Assembly: GCA_034780895.1 (NCBI GenBank)
Contig: JAUZTB010000033.1
Span: 30,661,820-30,725,819, forward strand
Direction: 5' to 3'
DNA length: 64,000 nt
Origin: Rhynchobatus australiae
Taxonomy: Eukaryota
How positions within the stretch are numbered: the first letter of the stretch is position 1; the number at the start of each line of letters is the position of its first letter. The notes under the pieces are model-generated. The model saw only the letters and a program-made list of their open reading frames with translations, had not been told where the DNA came from and did no database searches. The position numbers and the translations under genes were made by a program. Shown piece by piece: positions 1 through 10,985 of this stretch.

Positions 1-3000
1 TTCTGGTCATAGGCTGTCCAGTTGATACATGTTGCTGGTTCTAGGATTTTAATGAAGTTTCTCACATTCAATCTATCATTCTCTAATAAAAGAAGCCAAG
101 ATAGTACCACTTAGACACAGGGCTTTCCCAGAACCAATAGCATAACCAAATAGGCTCTAATTAAAATGTTGCAATCTGTACAACTGATTGTGCTTTTCAG
201 TCATACAGTTTGGTTCTGCCTGGTTCTAAATAAGAGCCTGCACCCTCAAGTATCCCTCACCACTTTTCAGCTTTTGGAATATTCCACCAACAGAGCACAA
301 CCTTCCAGCCATGAGCTGCTGCAGAATAAAGAATGCTTAGATGAGGATGAATTTAGAAGATGTTGAAAGGGATCATCCTGGCCAAATGAATAACTAGATC
401 CATTTAAATCATGAACAGAGCTTTTAAGAAGTTGTCTTGCTAACTTTTATGACTCCACCAGTTTTCAGAAGCTTACATCCTTTCAACTTTATCTAAACTT
501 CTATCTGTAATCTCTACATTCCCGCTAAGTGCCCAAAAAGAAAATTACCAAGTGAAGTACTGGGGTGGATTATGGGGTAATAAGAAATTCCACTGCCTGA
601 AAGGTACTACAAATACATTATCTGTAAGCGAAAATGGAAGCTCAGTACCGACACAATACCATTATTAGGCACAAGCACATTACAAAAATCATCCATCAGA
701 CAGAACTTATTGAACACTAATGTTGAAATAATAAATAAATTAGATGTAATCTATTACTCCGCAGGAGGTGCATTTGGTACACCAATCTCATTACTTATCT
801 TTGCCTCAACCAACCCACATGACAAACAAACCATTTTTATGCCCTCTTTTGCACTGAATCAACCTACTCACAGCACTGCACACCAAACCCTGTTCTTGCC
901 TAATTGTGCTCATTCTTAAAGTCTTAGAACATTTTGAACACAAATTCTCGTTTCCTCATACGGTGAGTTGTGAAAGTAGCTATGTAGGTTCATTCATCTT
1001 GTAGTAATTGCTTTATGCTAATGGAAACACTCTTCAACGTGCAGTTTTTATGTTATATTTTATTACAGTAAAAAATTGTACAATAATGCAATTATCACTT
1101 TGTATTTCTAAATGCAACTCTGTGTACTACAGATAATTTTACCATGAAGAAAACTGATATTAAAAATGCTTATATTGCACTACTTAAAAATAGCAGAGGC
1201 TCCTGCAGTGTCACTGTACTTTGGTTAGTGCCCACTCAAAATTCATTTGCCCCATCACATTTCTCTCAAGCATTCCAATAAACCTCTTCTCATTTTGTGA
1301 CAAGTACAACAATACATCTTTTGTCAGAACATATCACTTTACTGCCAGCATGCAGGGTATTCAAACTGTCCCTCACATGACTTTTAACCATACCTTAATA
1401 AATTCCATTCAATCCCCTTGTCATTAATATTCAGAAGGGACTGCATGCTAGACTGACTTCCAGTTAAGACTGAGTTGGAGGTTTCATGTTATAGACAGTG
1501 CTGCACTTTAACTCTGGCTAGTATCAAAACATAGCTTCAGGGATTCACAGAATTTGGCCCAATTGAACTTGGTTCAGATTTTGTTTTGGGTTTGACCTGT
1601 AACAACATCTTTACCCTTTAACTCACTGCCACATCCAAATAAGCAATGGGTTGTAATTAAGACGGATGTAATTATTTCAACCAAGTCTGGAGCTCTCTTT
1701 CTGGAGAGTGCTTATGCCTACTTCTCAATCTCTGAGTAATGGCCTTCATTACTATACCAAGAAAAGAGATACAACTGGGAAGGAACTTAAAGAAAGCTTT
1801 GGTTATATATAGACCATCTATACATTTCTATTTCTGCAAGCTTGTTCCTTTTTGACTGAAGGGGATATATTACTGAGGCTCAGCTTACTTAGATTCTGCA
1901 TCCTGTCACTTTATGGCAGAGGTCATTGATGACTGCTACAGAGAAGGACACAGGGCAAACCACTGCATTCTGCCAGAACAAAATAAAACAAGGGAAGTGG
2001 GTGAAAGGAGGGAGAGCAGGCAGAAACAAAAAGAACATTGAAAGTCACTTGGGAAATCAACATTTGTGAATAGTTGATGCACATGATTTTTAATTTACTC
2101 TTTTATAAAAGCTGCACTGTGTCATTGATCTCAACATAGAAAGAACTATAAATATCATAATATTGCTGTGTAAACAGTACATTTAACTCCACTTCAGCAA
2201 ATATATTTCTGTTTTGAATGATTATACCTGCAATATCCCCTTTCCTTATTATCTGCTTTATATGCTTAACCAATTCACATGTCTGATGAGATTCTGTTAG
2301 TATTCCATAAGCATTCCTTATACCTTAAAACAATGTACATTTCATCATCCAGAACTGATAATTCTCACTTTTAAACACAAGAGTTTGCTGTTTTAATTAC
2401 ATTGGTTCACTCAAATTATTGAATATTCACTTAAAATTGACAGAAGTAAACTGTATTGGCCAAATTATTTTACTTTGTCCCGATACAGCTGTCTGGAGTG
2501 CAAATACTGTTCTAGAGTTTGTGATGTTATAATCCCATAGATTTATTATGAAGGAGTAAGATCAAAGTAGGGCATCACAAAAAGCTGCAGAACTGATTTT
2601 GTTTAGTTAGTCCCTTTTCCACTGAAAAGAATGCTTAAAATATTTTACATCAATTATATTGGGAGTTTATCAGACATGTTCCATACCTTTCATTTAATGA
2701 ACTTCTGATCATTCATGGAAGATAAAGGTACTACAGCATGAATAAGAATTCAGAGCAACCCGCATTGCTCACCAAGTCATGAAGCAATTTTGACTTAACC
2801 CACCAATGAAATGTGAAATCAGGCATAGCAGGAAATCAGCTGCCAATTTGAACCTATCTGTTTCTTGCTAAGCTGTTTAGGTTTCAGTAACTGCACAGTC
2901 AGTTGATTTCCATAAGTAATGCTGAATGGGGACAAGTGAACTAGTCTGAGAGGTGCATTAAAAAAGCACCACACTCCCTTCCACCCACAATTTACAACAA

Positions 3001-3586
3001 ATTACAGTTTCATTCCATCTCTTCTGTAACACTTAAAATGCATATGTATTTATTAAAATATTTTTTAAATATTAGAGGAAATACAAATTTAGTCACACTT
3101 GCTAGCCTTGACCAGTGCCCAAATGTCAGCTCTGGCAAAGAATGCAAGGGGTTTTATAGTGATGCCTCCAATGGTCAAATAGTTTGATAATACATCACTC
3201 TCCCACACGAGGAGTGCCTGGCCAGCTGTTGACCATATAACCCAGTAACAGTCAGTCCTTTGAGAAATATAAAGTGAAAAGTTAGAGAAAAAATACAACT
3301 GTTAAGGAAAGAATCCACCAGCCCCACTCCTCAGTCAACACACACTCCTTTCCTTCCAACTGCAAATATGTTTTCTATGCCTGTGATGAACAGATTATGC
3401 ACTTACCTGCAGAATTTTCCAATCAAAATTTGTGTCAACAATATCACAGTTTGTGAAGAAATGGCGTGAAAGACTTCATAAGCATTTTGTATCCCAAACC
3501 ATGTGAAGAGCAGTTTGAAGTCCATGTATGGTTCTATGTTGAAAGATGTTACTCAAAGTGTAGATAGTAATGCTGAACAAGCTGAG

Positions 3587-3590
<4 letters not shown>

Positions 3591-3621
<31 letters not shown>
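3591..3621. repeat. (GT)15 microsatellite
   Basis: Perfect GT dinucleotide run, read directly. Confidence 0.98.
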
Positions 3622-3622
<1 letters not shown>

Positions 3623-4324
3623 CATACACAACAGCTGTCCTTAACTGGTTACTTTTACTTTTAAAATAACATTTTAACTGTTTAGCTAACTTATGATAAA
3701 GCAATGCAAGAAACAGAAGGAAACCTGCCAAAAAGAACTGCACAGGGTTTTCACACCTTTCACACTGCACAATCCTTATCTGACTTGCTTTAAGACCCAG
3801 ATTGTTTAAAAAATGACATTTCACACAATCCAGCAAAAAAAGACAAAATTCAGACTGCAGATGCCCAATGTAGATTGCTAAGTGTACTCCGGTGACAATG
3901 TGTAAAAACAACAGGAAAAATGACTTTATAAAAAGACCAAAAGTCACTGAACCGTATCTCCCCTTTACTTAGCTATCACCAAACAAATGACAGAGATGTT
4001 TATACTGTGTGGTTTTGCACATAAGTCACATCGTCTACCATCACAAAGTAAAACTGAGCACCATCAAGTAACTTTACAATATGAGCAATCTGCTGCCTGC
4101 TCTTTAACAGAGAATTGCTGGAGTTCTCTGCTCATTCAGTCACACCTTACAGATGCTCCCTGGGAATACTGGCCCGGGAGTACTGAGGAGCTTTGACATT
4201 GTATCTTTGTCCTTCTCACCAAGTGTTGATGATTTTCCCCAGCTCCATTTATTCCTCATGATTGACTCTGCTACTTCTTGTGAAGAAATGGGAGCAATTT
4301 TCATCTTCCCCTGTAGTGAACTCT

Positions 4325-4424
4325 NNNNNNNNNNNNNNNNNNNNNNNNNNNNNNNNNNNNNNNNNNNNNNNNNNNNNNNNNNNNNNNNNNNNNNNNNNNN
4401 NNNNNNNNNNNNNNNNNNNNNNNN
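4325..4424. other. Assembly gap (100 N). Other gaps: 9905-9914, 12131-12415, 17524-17533, 22363-22452, 27524-27727, 45876-45901, 46731-46830, 54151-54732
   Basis: N runs read directly; ORFs crossing them are artefacts. Confidence 0.99.
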
Positions 4425-5819
4425 AGTGAATTCTGGGGGAACTTAATTCTAATGGTTAGGTTGGTTTCTTCAGCACTGCATGTGATCAGTCTGTCACTAG
4501 CTAGATACTTTATTACAAATGTCAAAATATTCAAAGGATCCCCTGCATGGTATCCAACTGGAAGCAATGAGATATCACCAAACATGGTAATAACAGGAAC
4601 AAGAATGGTCCATTTTGGCCCTGAAGATAAGATTTATTTTGTTATCCTTGGAAACTCTTAGTGTTTTAAATTCTGTTCAATACCCTTTCTCCACAAGGAC
4701 AATAACGTACCACTTTAGTACCAATGGTAATGCAGCTATTTGCTTCTCATATTATACACCACTGAAGCTGCTCAGACCCCCAGGCACATATGTTTAGAAA
4801 CTGGACCCATTTTTGCCTTTGTTTCATGCATAAATTGTGCTTTAAAAGCATTCTGCGCCCATTTTGAAGAGCTTGCACCAACTTCCTGTTGATAGCTCAC
4901 CACTGGGTAATTGAGTAGGCATTCCTGTTGGAGTTCGTGACAATGTAGGTTTAATTTCCTTGTCGAATTTCCCACATGTAATGTTGTCATCAATATGTGC
5001 AGTTCAAGTTAATTACTCAACAACAAAAATTTGACTGAAAGGTCATGACCAATGACTTTCATAAGTAAGTCACAAGACGTACATCAAACTGGAAGCAGTG
5101 AAGTATGTGTAAATTGAAGTGTTCCTTCCTAAGATAAATTTTATATGCTTAAAAGCGTGCCCCTGTAATTTTTATTACACCAAAATCAGTGCTGGCAGCC
5201 TTTCTTAAAGGTCAAGAAGTCTGTAAACTGGTAACTGTGACTCACCTGAGGTGTGGACCCAATGTTGCAGCTGATTGCGGAGGCTTGCTGGGGTGGAGGG
5301 GGGGTGTTTTGGAAGAGTGGGGTGTCGCATTCAGAGACCCAAATGTTATTGAGTGATTTCTTGAAAAACCCTGAACCATTTCCTATGAATCAGCATGTGA
5401 GTGGCATGGCAGCTGCGAGCCTAGCAAATAATTGCCATCTGTGGATACTTGAGTTGAGTTTAAATGATCTTAAAGGGAGCAAATCATGACAATGATTACT
5501 AAAAGCAAAGATTACAAGATCCTCTTAGAATGTAAAATGCTGCAGGGTTCACTGCAAATCTACTGCAAACCCTCACTACTGTCTCCTCCACCATCATCCA
5601 ATAAGTTCAGTTGCTTGTGAACCATCTACTTCGCCATCTCTGCCTCTTCCCTCTTTGCCCTAATGTACAAAACCAAACCTCTTCTGTCCACTCTCCTCTC
5701 CCGCTCTAGTCTAAACTTGCATAATTGCCTAGTTTCACTCTTGTGCCCAATCCAAGTTTATTGTATCCAAGAGATGCAACTTCTACTCATTTGATCCCTT
5801 TCTTTTCTTCTGAGGTTGT

Positions 5820-6325
5820 GCTTCAGGGTCAATGCTTCCACTCCATTTCCGTGAATTCTATGGGATCCACAGACTCTGCCAGAGATGGGGCTGGTGGTGA
5901 CCAATACATTGTTTGATTATGACCTTTGAATACTTTCTCTTTAAAGACTCAAGGCATTCAATACATTTCTGTTTGTCATGTTGCAGGCATAGAGACATGT
6001 AATGGCAATACATTTCTGCGGACAGACATATTGAAAGTAGATAAGAATGGTGATTTGGTGTACTCTGTATATTTTTCTTAGATTTGTTGTGTGGTAATCA
6101 CATCCGTTGTACCCCTTGAATGCCAGAATCTGCATTTTCACTTTGGGAGGAGCTCTTTAAAGAAGGCAGTCGAATAGAATCGTCGTGATAACCTTCTCTA
6201 TAAGAGATGGCAAGGAGACCCCTGTGTAACATCCTCTTTCTTGAGGGTGATTGCATTTACAACATCCCTGAGGTTCCGTGGCAAGCTCTCCTTTTCCCAG
6301 ATAAGTGAGATGAGGTCATTCCTAT
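5820..6325 (-). mobile_element. RTE-clade LINE relic (RT N-terminal part joined to C-terminus and 3' end)
   Basis: Minus strand across frameshifts reads DLISLIWEKESLPRNLRDVV..RGVSLPSLIEKVITTIL..ELLP..CRF..SRGTTDVI (RTE RT motifs), then SGRVCGSH and GGAGTGGAAGCA of the RTE C-terminus. Confidence 0.8.
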
Positions 6326-6567
6326 GAAAATGTTGACCAGTAATTTCCCTTCTTGGCTCTAGCTTTAGTTAATATTATTTTCTTGGTTCTCTTTGGGTAC
6401 TCCTCCCTGCCCTTCAATCTCCCATCATCACCCCATCTTCAAACAAAAACATCTGTAATTCTTGCAAGTTGCTGCTCCATTTTTAACCCTTTACAAAGTA
6501 TTTTAATTTACAGACCCCTGCCCGTCTTTCTTGAAACACCATATTTCAGAGATTGACTGCTATATTA

Positions 6568-6695
6568 AGTGAATCAAGGGATATAAATTAGCACATAAGG
6601 GGGGTGTTGAAGTAAAAGTTTCGCTAGGAACTTATTGAATGGTGGCATGGGCACTAAGGCCTGAATGGCCTCTCCCTGCTTCTGTTTTTTATGTT
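6568..6695 (+). mobile_element. CR1 LINE 3' tail fragment
   Basis: CTTATTGAATGGTGGCATGGGCACTAAGGCCTGAATGGCCTCTCCCTGCTTCTG..TTATGTT resembles the elasmobranch CR1 3' UTR. Confidence 0.7.
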
Positions 6696-6709
6696 ATCAT
6701 TTTAGTTCA

Positions 6710-7870
6710 TAGTCTCTCCAATCAGGTTCCTTTCCTGTTAACATGCCAAAGCAAATTCATAAACGATACCCTACTCGATTGTGACAAAAGTAAATGGTCT
6801 GTCTTCAAGCTTCTTGACCTTACTGCAACTTTCAACACGTTTGAGTAATTCATCCTCATCCAATCACTCTCCACCATCACCCAACTGATGGGAATGCATT
6901 CACCTGGTTCTGTTCATTTCCATCACCTATAGCTACAGCATCACATGCAAGTGATTCTCTTTCTGCTTCCATGTTTTCTCCTCTAGTATCCTCCAGGATC
7001 CATCCTTGGTGTATTTCATTTCTATATGCCACCTGTCAACAACACCCAAACACCACTTCAGGTTCCACAATGCTGTCCACTCTACCATCCCGCTCTACCT
7101 TATTAGACCACTAGTCTAACGTTAACAGAAGGAGCAGTACCAACTAACTATTTGGAAAGTCTGAAGTCACAAACTTATCTCATCATCCATTTTTCTTCAG
7201 AACTGTCAGTAGTTAAAACTAGATTGTTTACAATGAAACCAGAAAATGCTGGAAATACTCAGGAGGTCAGGCAGCATCTGTGAAAAGAGAAACAAAATTA
7301 ACAATTAAGCAACAGAAAGAACTCAGCAGGTAGAGCAGCATCTGTGGGAGGAAAGGATCCGTCGACATTTTGGGTCAAAACTGTGCATCAGGACATTCAC
7401 ATTTAAGGTCCTAGACCCATTGTCAAAACTGAGAAAGAGAGAAAACAAGGTAGTTTTCAGTTGCAGACAAGGAAAGGTAGATTGTTTGCAACCTTGGTGT
7501 TATATTTCACCCTGGGATGAACTACCACACATCCACACCATCATGATGACTACCAATTTCCACCTCTGTAACAGTGACTAACTCTACCCTGCTTCAACTC
7601 ATCTGCAGCCAAAATCTCCATCTACAGTTTTACCATCTCTCAGTTTGAATTTTCCAATGCACTCCTGACTTTTTTTTCATGTTCTAGCCTCTAAACTTGA
7701 AGTTATCCAAAACTCTGCCACCTATGTTTTACCCTGTATCAATACTGATTTGCAGGTCACCTCTGTTCTCACTGACTGACACTGGTTCTGAATAAAACAA
7801 CAATTTGATTTATTAAAGGCCTGGTTCTTCTTTAAACTTCCTATTTGACCTCACACCTCCATATTTCCAT
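6710..7870 (+). mobile_element. L2 LINE reverse-transcriptase relic, interrupted at 7230-7477
   Basis: INDTLLDCDKSKWSVFKLLDLTATFNT (ORF 6639..6848; cf. L2 NDIL..D.G.LSLLVLLDLSAAFDT). After the insert: NLGVIF, FSNALL, KLEVIQNSA and LT.*HW. Confidence 0.8.
7230..7477 (-). mobile_element. Penelope-derived non-autonomous element (two terminal units) nested in the L2
   Basis: GAAAATGCTGGAAATACTCAGGAGGTCAGGCAGCATCTGTG plus a second ACTCAGCAGG..GCAGCATCTGTGG..GTCGACATTTTGGGTC..GCATCAGGAC unit. Flanked by the direct repeat TAGATTGTTT (7220-7229 and 7478-7487). Confidence 0.7.
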
Positions 7871-7919
7871 TATCTTACTGTCACTCTAAAACTGTTGAAG
7901 GTCTCTTTGGGGCATTTAA

Positions 7920-8655
7920 AAGGTGAAACACACTTACTATTATTATCAGACAAGATTTGCAAACAATGGTTCACAGGAGCTTTACATCCTCCTGTAACCA
8001 ACCCTCCAAACCACTTAAACAACAAAGATGAATCTATAAAATGTAATCACTGTGAACATAGCCTTGAACCTTCATCCTGCAAGGTCATTGAAAGCAAAGC
8101 AGGAGAAATCTGCCAAATCTTTAGGCCTGCACAGTTACATCACGCATATCATTGCTGCCTTGTTAGGAGAGACCTTTCTTCAATATCCCCATAGGAAACA
8201 GACAACAACATTAGGCACTCTGCACTTTTACCAACTGCTTGCATTCTTCAAAGTGCATGGTGTGAACACCAATCCTTTCACAAGTAGGGAACTGGTTCCA
8301 TTCAATAAAAACAACTCTGGTCTGTAGTGTCTGAAAGTCAATCATGTAATGATATGTCTGCTACCCTGGCAGTTATCTATGAATCATTCATCACATGATA
8401 ACCTCTTAGTGAAGAACATTAAAGGCTGGATAGGTGACCACTGTGAATTATGGGAATCCACTGCAGCCACACCTGCTATTACAACTGTAGAAGCCAAGGA
8501 CAAGAGATGAAAAGACATATAATGAAGTACATGCTCATACAAAGGTGTTCAGAAGGAAAGTTTCTGGCATTTGTGTCAATTCACTGAGTGCTGCAACACT
8601 GCTTAGCAAATTGTCCAAAGTCATTGTTGCTTGCTCATGTCACACAATTGAATCC
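7920..8655 (+). pseudogene. Decayed PIF/Harbinger (HARBI1-like DDE) transposase, copy 1
   Basis: Ordered motifs across frameshifts: IALNL (8058), AGEICQI (8099), FYQLLAFFKVHGV (8226), WFHSIKTTLVC (8293), CYPGS..YESFI (8359-8392), KGWIGD (8421), YNEVHAHTKV (8518), KVIVACSC (8617). These are colinear with Harbinger ALNF/GDxCGI/AGFPxVQG/GFHSINVQLVC/YPGSxHD/GWLLGD/YNxxH/IxACxxLHN. Confidence 0.75.
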
Positions 8656-9089
8656 TTCAAATGCATGTTACTACAGATAGACTTCAGTGGGTAGGTGACA
8701 AATTACAGAAGACAACACCTGCCAGATTACTTCTGTGCCCGTATAATAAGTCAATCATTAATAGAAGATGCTTTCAGTAAGGCATATCCTGTGAACAAAC
8801 TTTACAATAGTTTGGTGAAATGAACCATCATCTCCATTGCTTTCAACTATACATCAGCTCCTCTGAATAGAGTACCATTTCTCACCAAGCGTAACAGCTT
8901 GCTGTCATGCAAAAGAGCTATCAGCAGACATTGCTGTATCAGATCCATACATCTTGATGGACTAAAAAATGACTCTGATTGTTCTCATTGGTATTGCTGT
9001 ATACTCCTCCTTTGTCACATATTCTCTTCTTTTATTGCAGATCTTTGAGAGAGAGAAGATCTGAAGTCACTGAGCAAGTCTTAAATTCA

Positions 9090-9470
9090 AGCTTGACCCT
9101 CCTCCGGTCACAATGCTTCATACACTAAACATTTGTGGAACCACACTAATACTTACACAAGCTAACTTTTGCAATAGGGCAGAAGGATTAGCTCATATTG
9201 TGGCCAGAGCTTGATGCACCCTAGGATCAGTGATCCCATATTCATTGGGTCCGGATTATACATTTGGACCCTAGATTTCTTTAATATCCTTCCATTTCAA
9301 AGCATCAATGGATTCAATGTCTATTACCTTATCGGGTGGTGCATTCTATATCCTCCCAAGCCTTTATGTAATGGCATTTTTCATGGCTTTACTTTTAATT
9401 AGCTTAACTTGAATTTAAGGCTACTCCAGTAATTGTTTCAGCTCCACTTTCATAATATTCATGTTAGGAC
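9090..9470 (-). pseudogene. Decayed Myb/SANT-like DNA-binding ORF (Harbinger partner, NAIF1/MSANTD-like)
   Basis: Minus strand: NIMKVELKQLLE (9459-9424), KAWEDIE (9364-9344), LKWKDIKE (9300-9277), TGGG (9108-9097). This is the expected motif order of Harbinger Myb-like proteins; stops and frameshifts are present. Confidence 0.6.
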
Positions 9471-10879
9471 ATAGTGCCGGGACTCCTATCAAAAATCACA
9501 TGCATTGCCAATGATGTTTTCATTCAAAGCTTGTATATCTGATACATCACTTTGTTGTGATTCTATCCTTTTCTTCCACCCGTTATCATTGTTGTCACTG
9601 AAACACTAATTTCACTTGTATTCATGTGGATCTGTGTTTTCTTTAAGAATGAGATTGATTTCAACAAAATACCTGAAAGGATTAAGAGATTGTCACACAA
9701 TAAGGCAGCAAAGATGGGTGAGGTATGTGCGAGAAAGCATGGAGGCAGCGAAGACAAAGGCACAACTAGAGGTAATCATTTATTATAAGGCAAAATATTC
9801 CACTGGCAAAATGCTACGAAGTTCTGGCACGGGGTTGTAAAAGATCAGGGAAAATATTTCACACGTGTTGAAGTGACTATACATTACATAAGGCGAAATG
9901 ATGTNNNNNNNNNNTCCTTTTTTGTAGAATTTTGGCAGAGCAAAAGAAAATTAGTCAATTTTCCCATTTCTATGCGACTGATTGTGAAAAGTGGGCACAG
10001 GCTGCATGAAGGCTTAACTTGATCTCGCTTCTGGTATAGACTGCCCCCCAGAACTAATTCTACAACTAATACTACAAGAATAAGAGGGACGAGTGCACTG
10101 ATTCATAAATACAACCAAAGCTTGGATCCTTTCCTAGTCAGATACTCCAATGCATTCAATTCTACAACTAGAAAAACATTTTTTTTCTTTTTCATTTCTT
10201 TTCCATCCTAATCTGAAAAATCAGATTTAAACATGTTAACACTCAATGCTTGGAATCAAGGTATAAATTATTATGGTCACCTTTTTATACTAGAGTGCAA
10301 AACTGAATCTTCTGCTAACTTTCCCTCAAAAGATATAATGCAAAATGATGAAAATTAGATATTTATTACAAATATGTGCAGACATGAATGGATACAATTC
10401 AAAATGTAACAAAAATAACCATACATAGAGTCCACTCTGATTATACCATTCATGTCACTGGAGCACAAATGTGCCTCCATTCTTCAGTATTCTGCACTCT
10501 GGCAAAAATGATAACAGTTTCCATTGTAATGCAACCTTACAGCTTTTAAGGATAACTCAACTGGTGAGCTTGCACCTATAGGCTGATAGCACCTGCCACA
10601 CTGTCTATATACTGTGGTCTTAATGTTATTGCGATACTGTTTTTACTTGACCTGAAAGAACTGCTGTTTGACTTAACAATGCATTGGAATGAGTCAAGAT
10701 GCTCAGATGTTTTCTAACAGAGCTGTAACTCCTAAATAAATTTCTCAAGCCAGTCCAAACCACGTGCAGCTCTGCAACTTTAACAAAGACCAAATATTAA
10801 AGAACAGCTGAACTTACGGGAGGACTGTAGAAAATAACTTTACTTAATCTGGCCTCGGCTTCAAGTCCCAACCAGCATG

Positions 10880-10985
10880 AACCTTAAGTGCAGAACCAGA
10901 ACTGTAATAAGGGTCTACAAATTGGCCTCAGTAGCCCATGATAAGAAACTGTGATCAGCCAAAGTTATTGCTCCAGAATGAGATC
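10880..10985 (+). mobile_element. Fragment of an old SINE-like family repeated in this window (family not named)
   Basis: CTACAAATTGGCCTCAGT..ATCAGCC..TTGCTCC resembles the segments at 14890-15060 and 35465-35700. Confidence 0.4.

Noticed and set aside
3402-3590. Possible minus-strand exon ending in CAG|GTAAGT
   Set aside because: All three frames from the obvious acceptor contain stops, and no peptide is recognisable.
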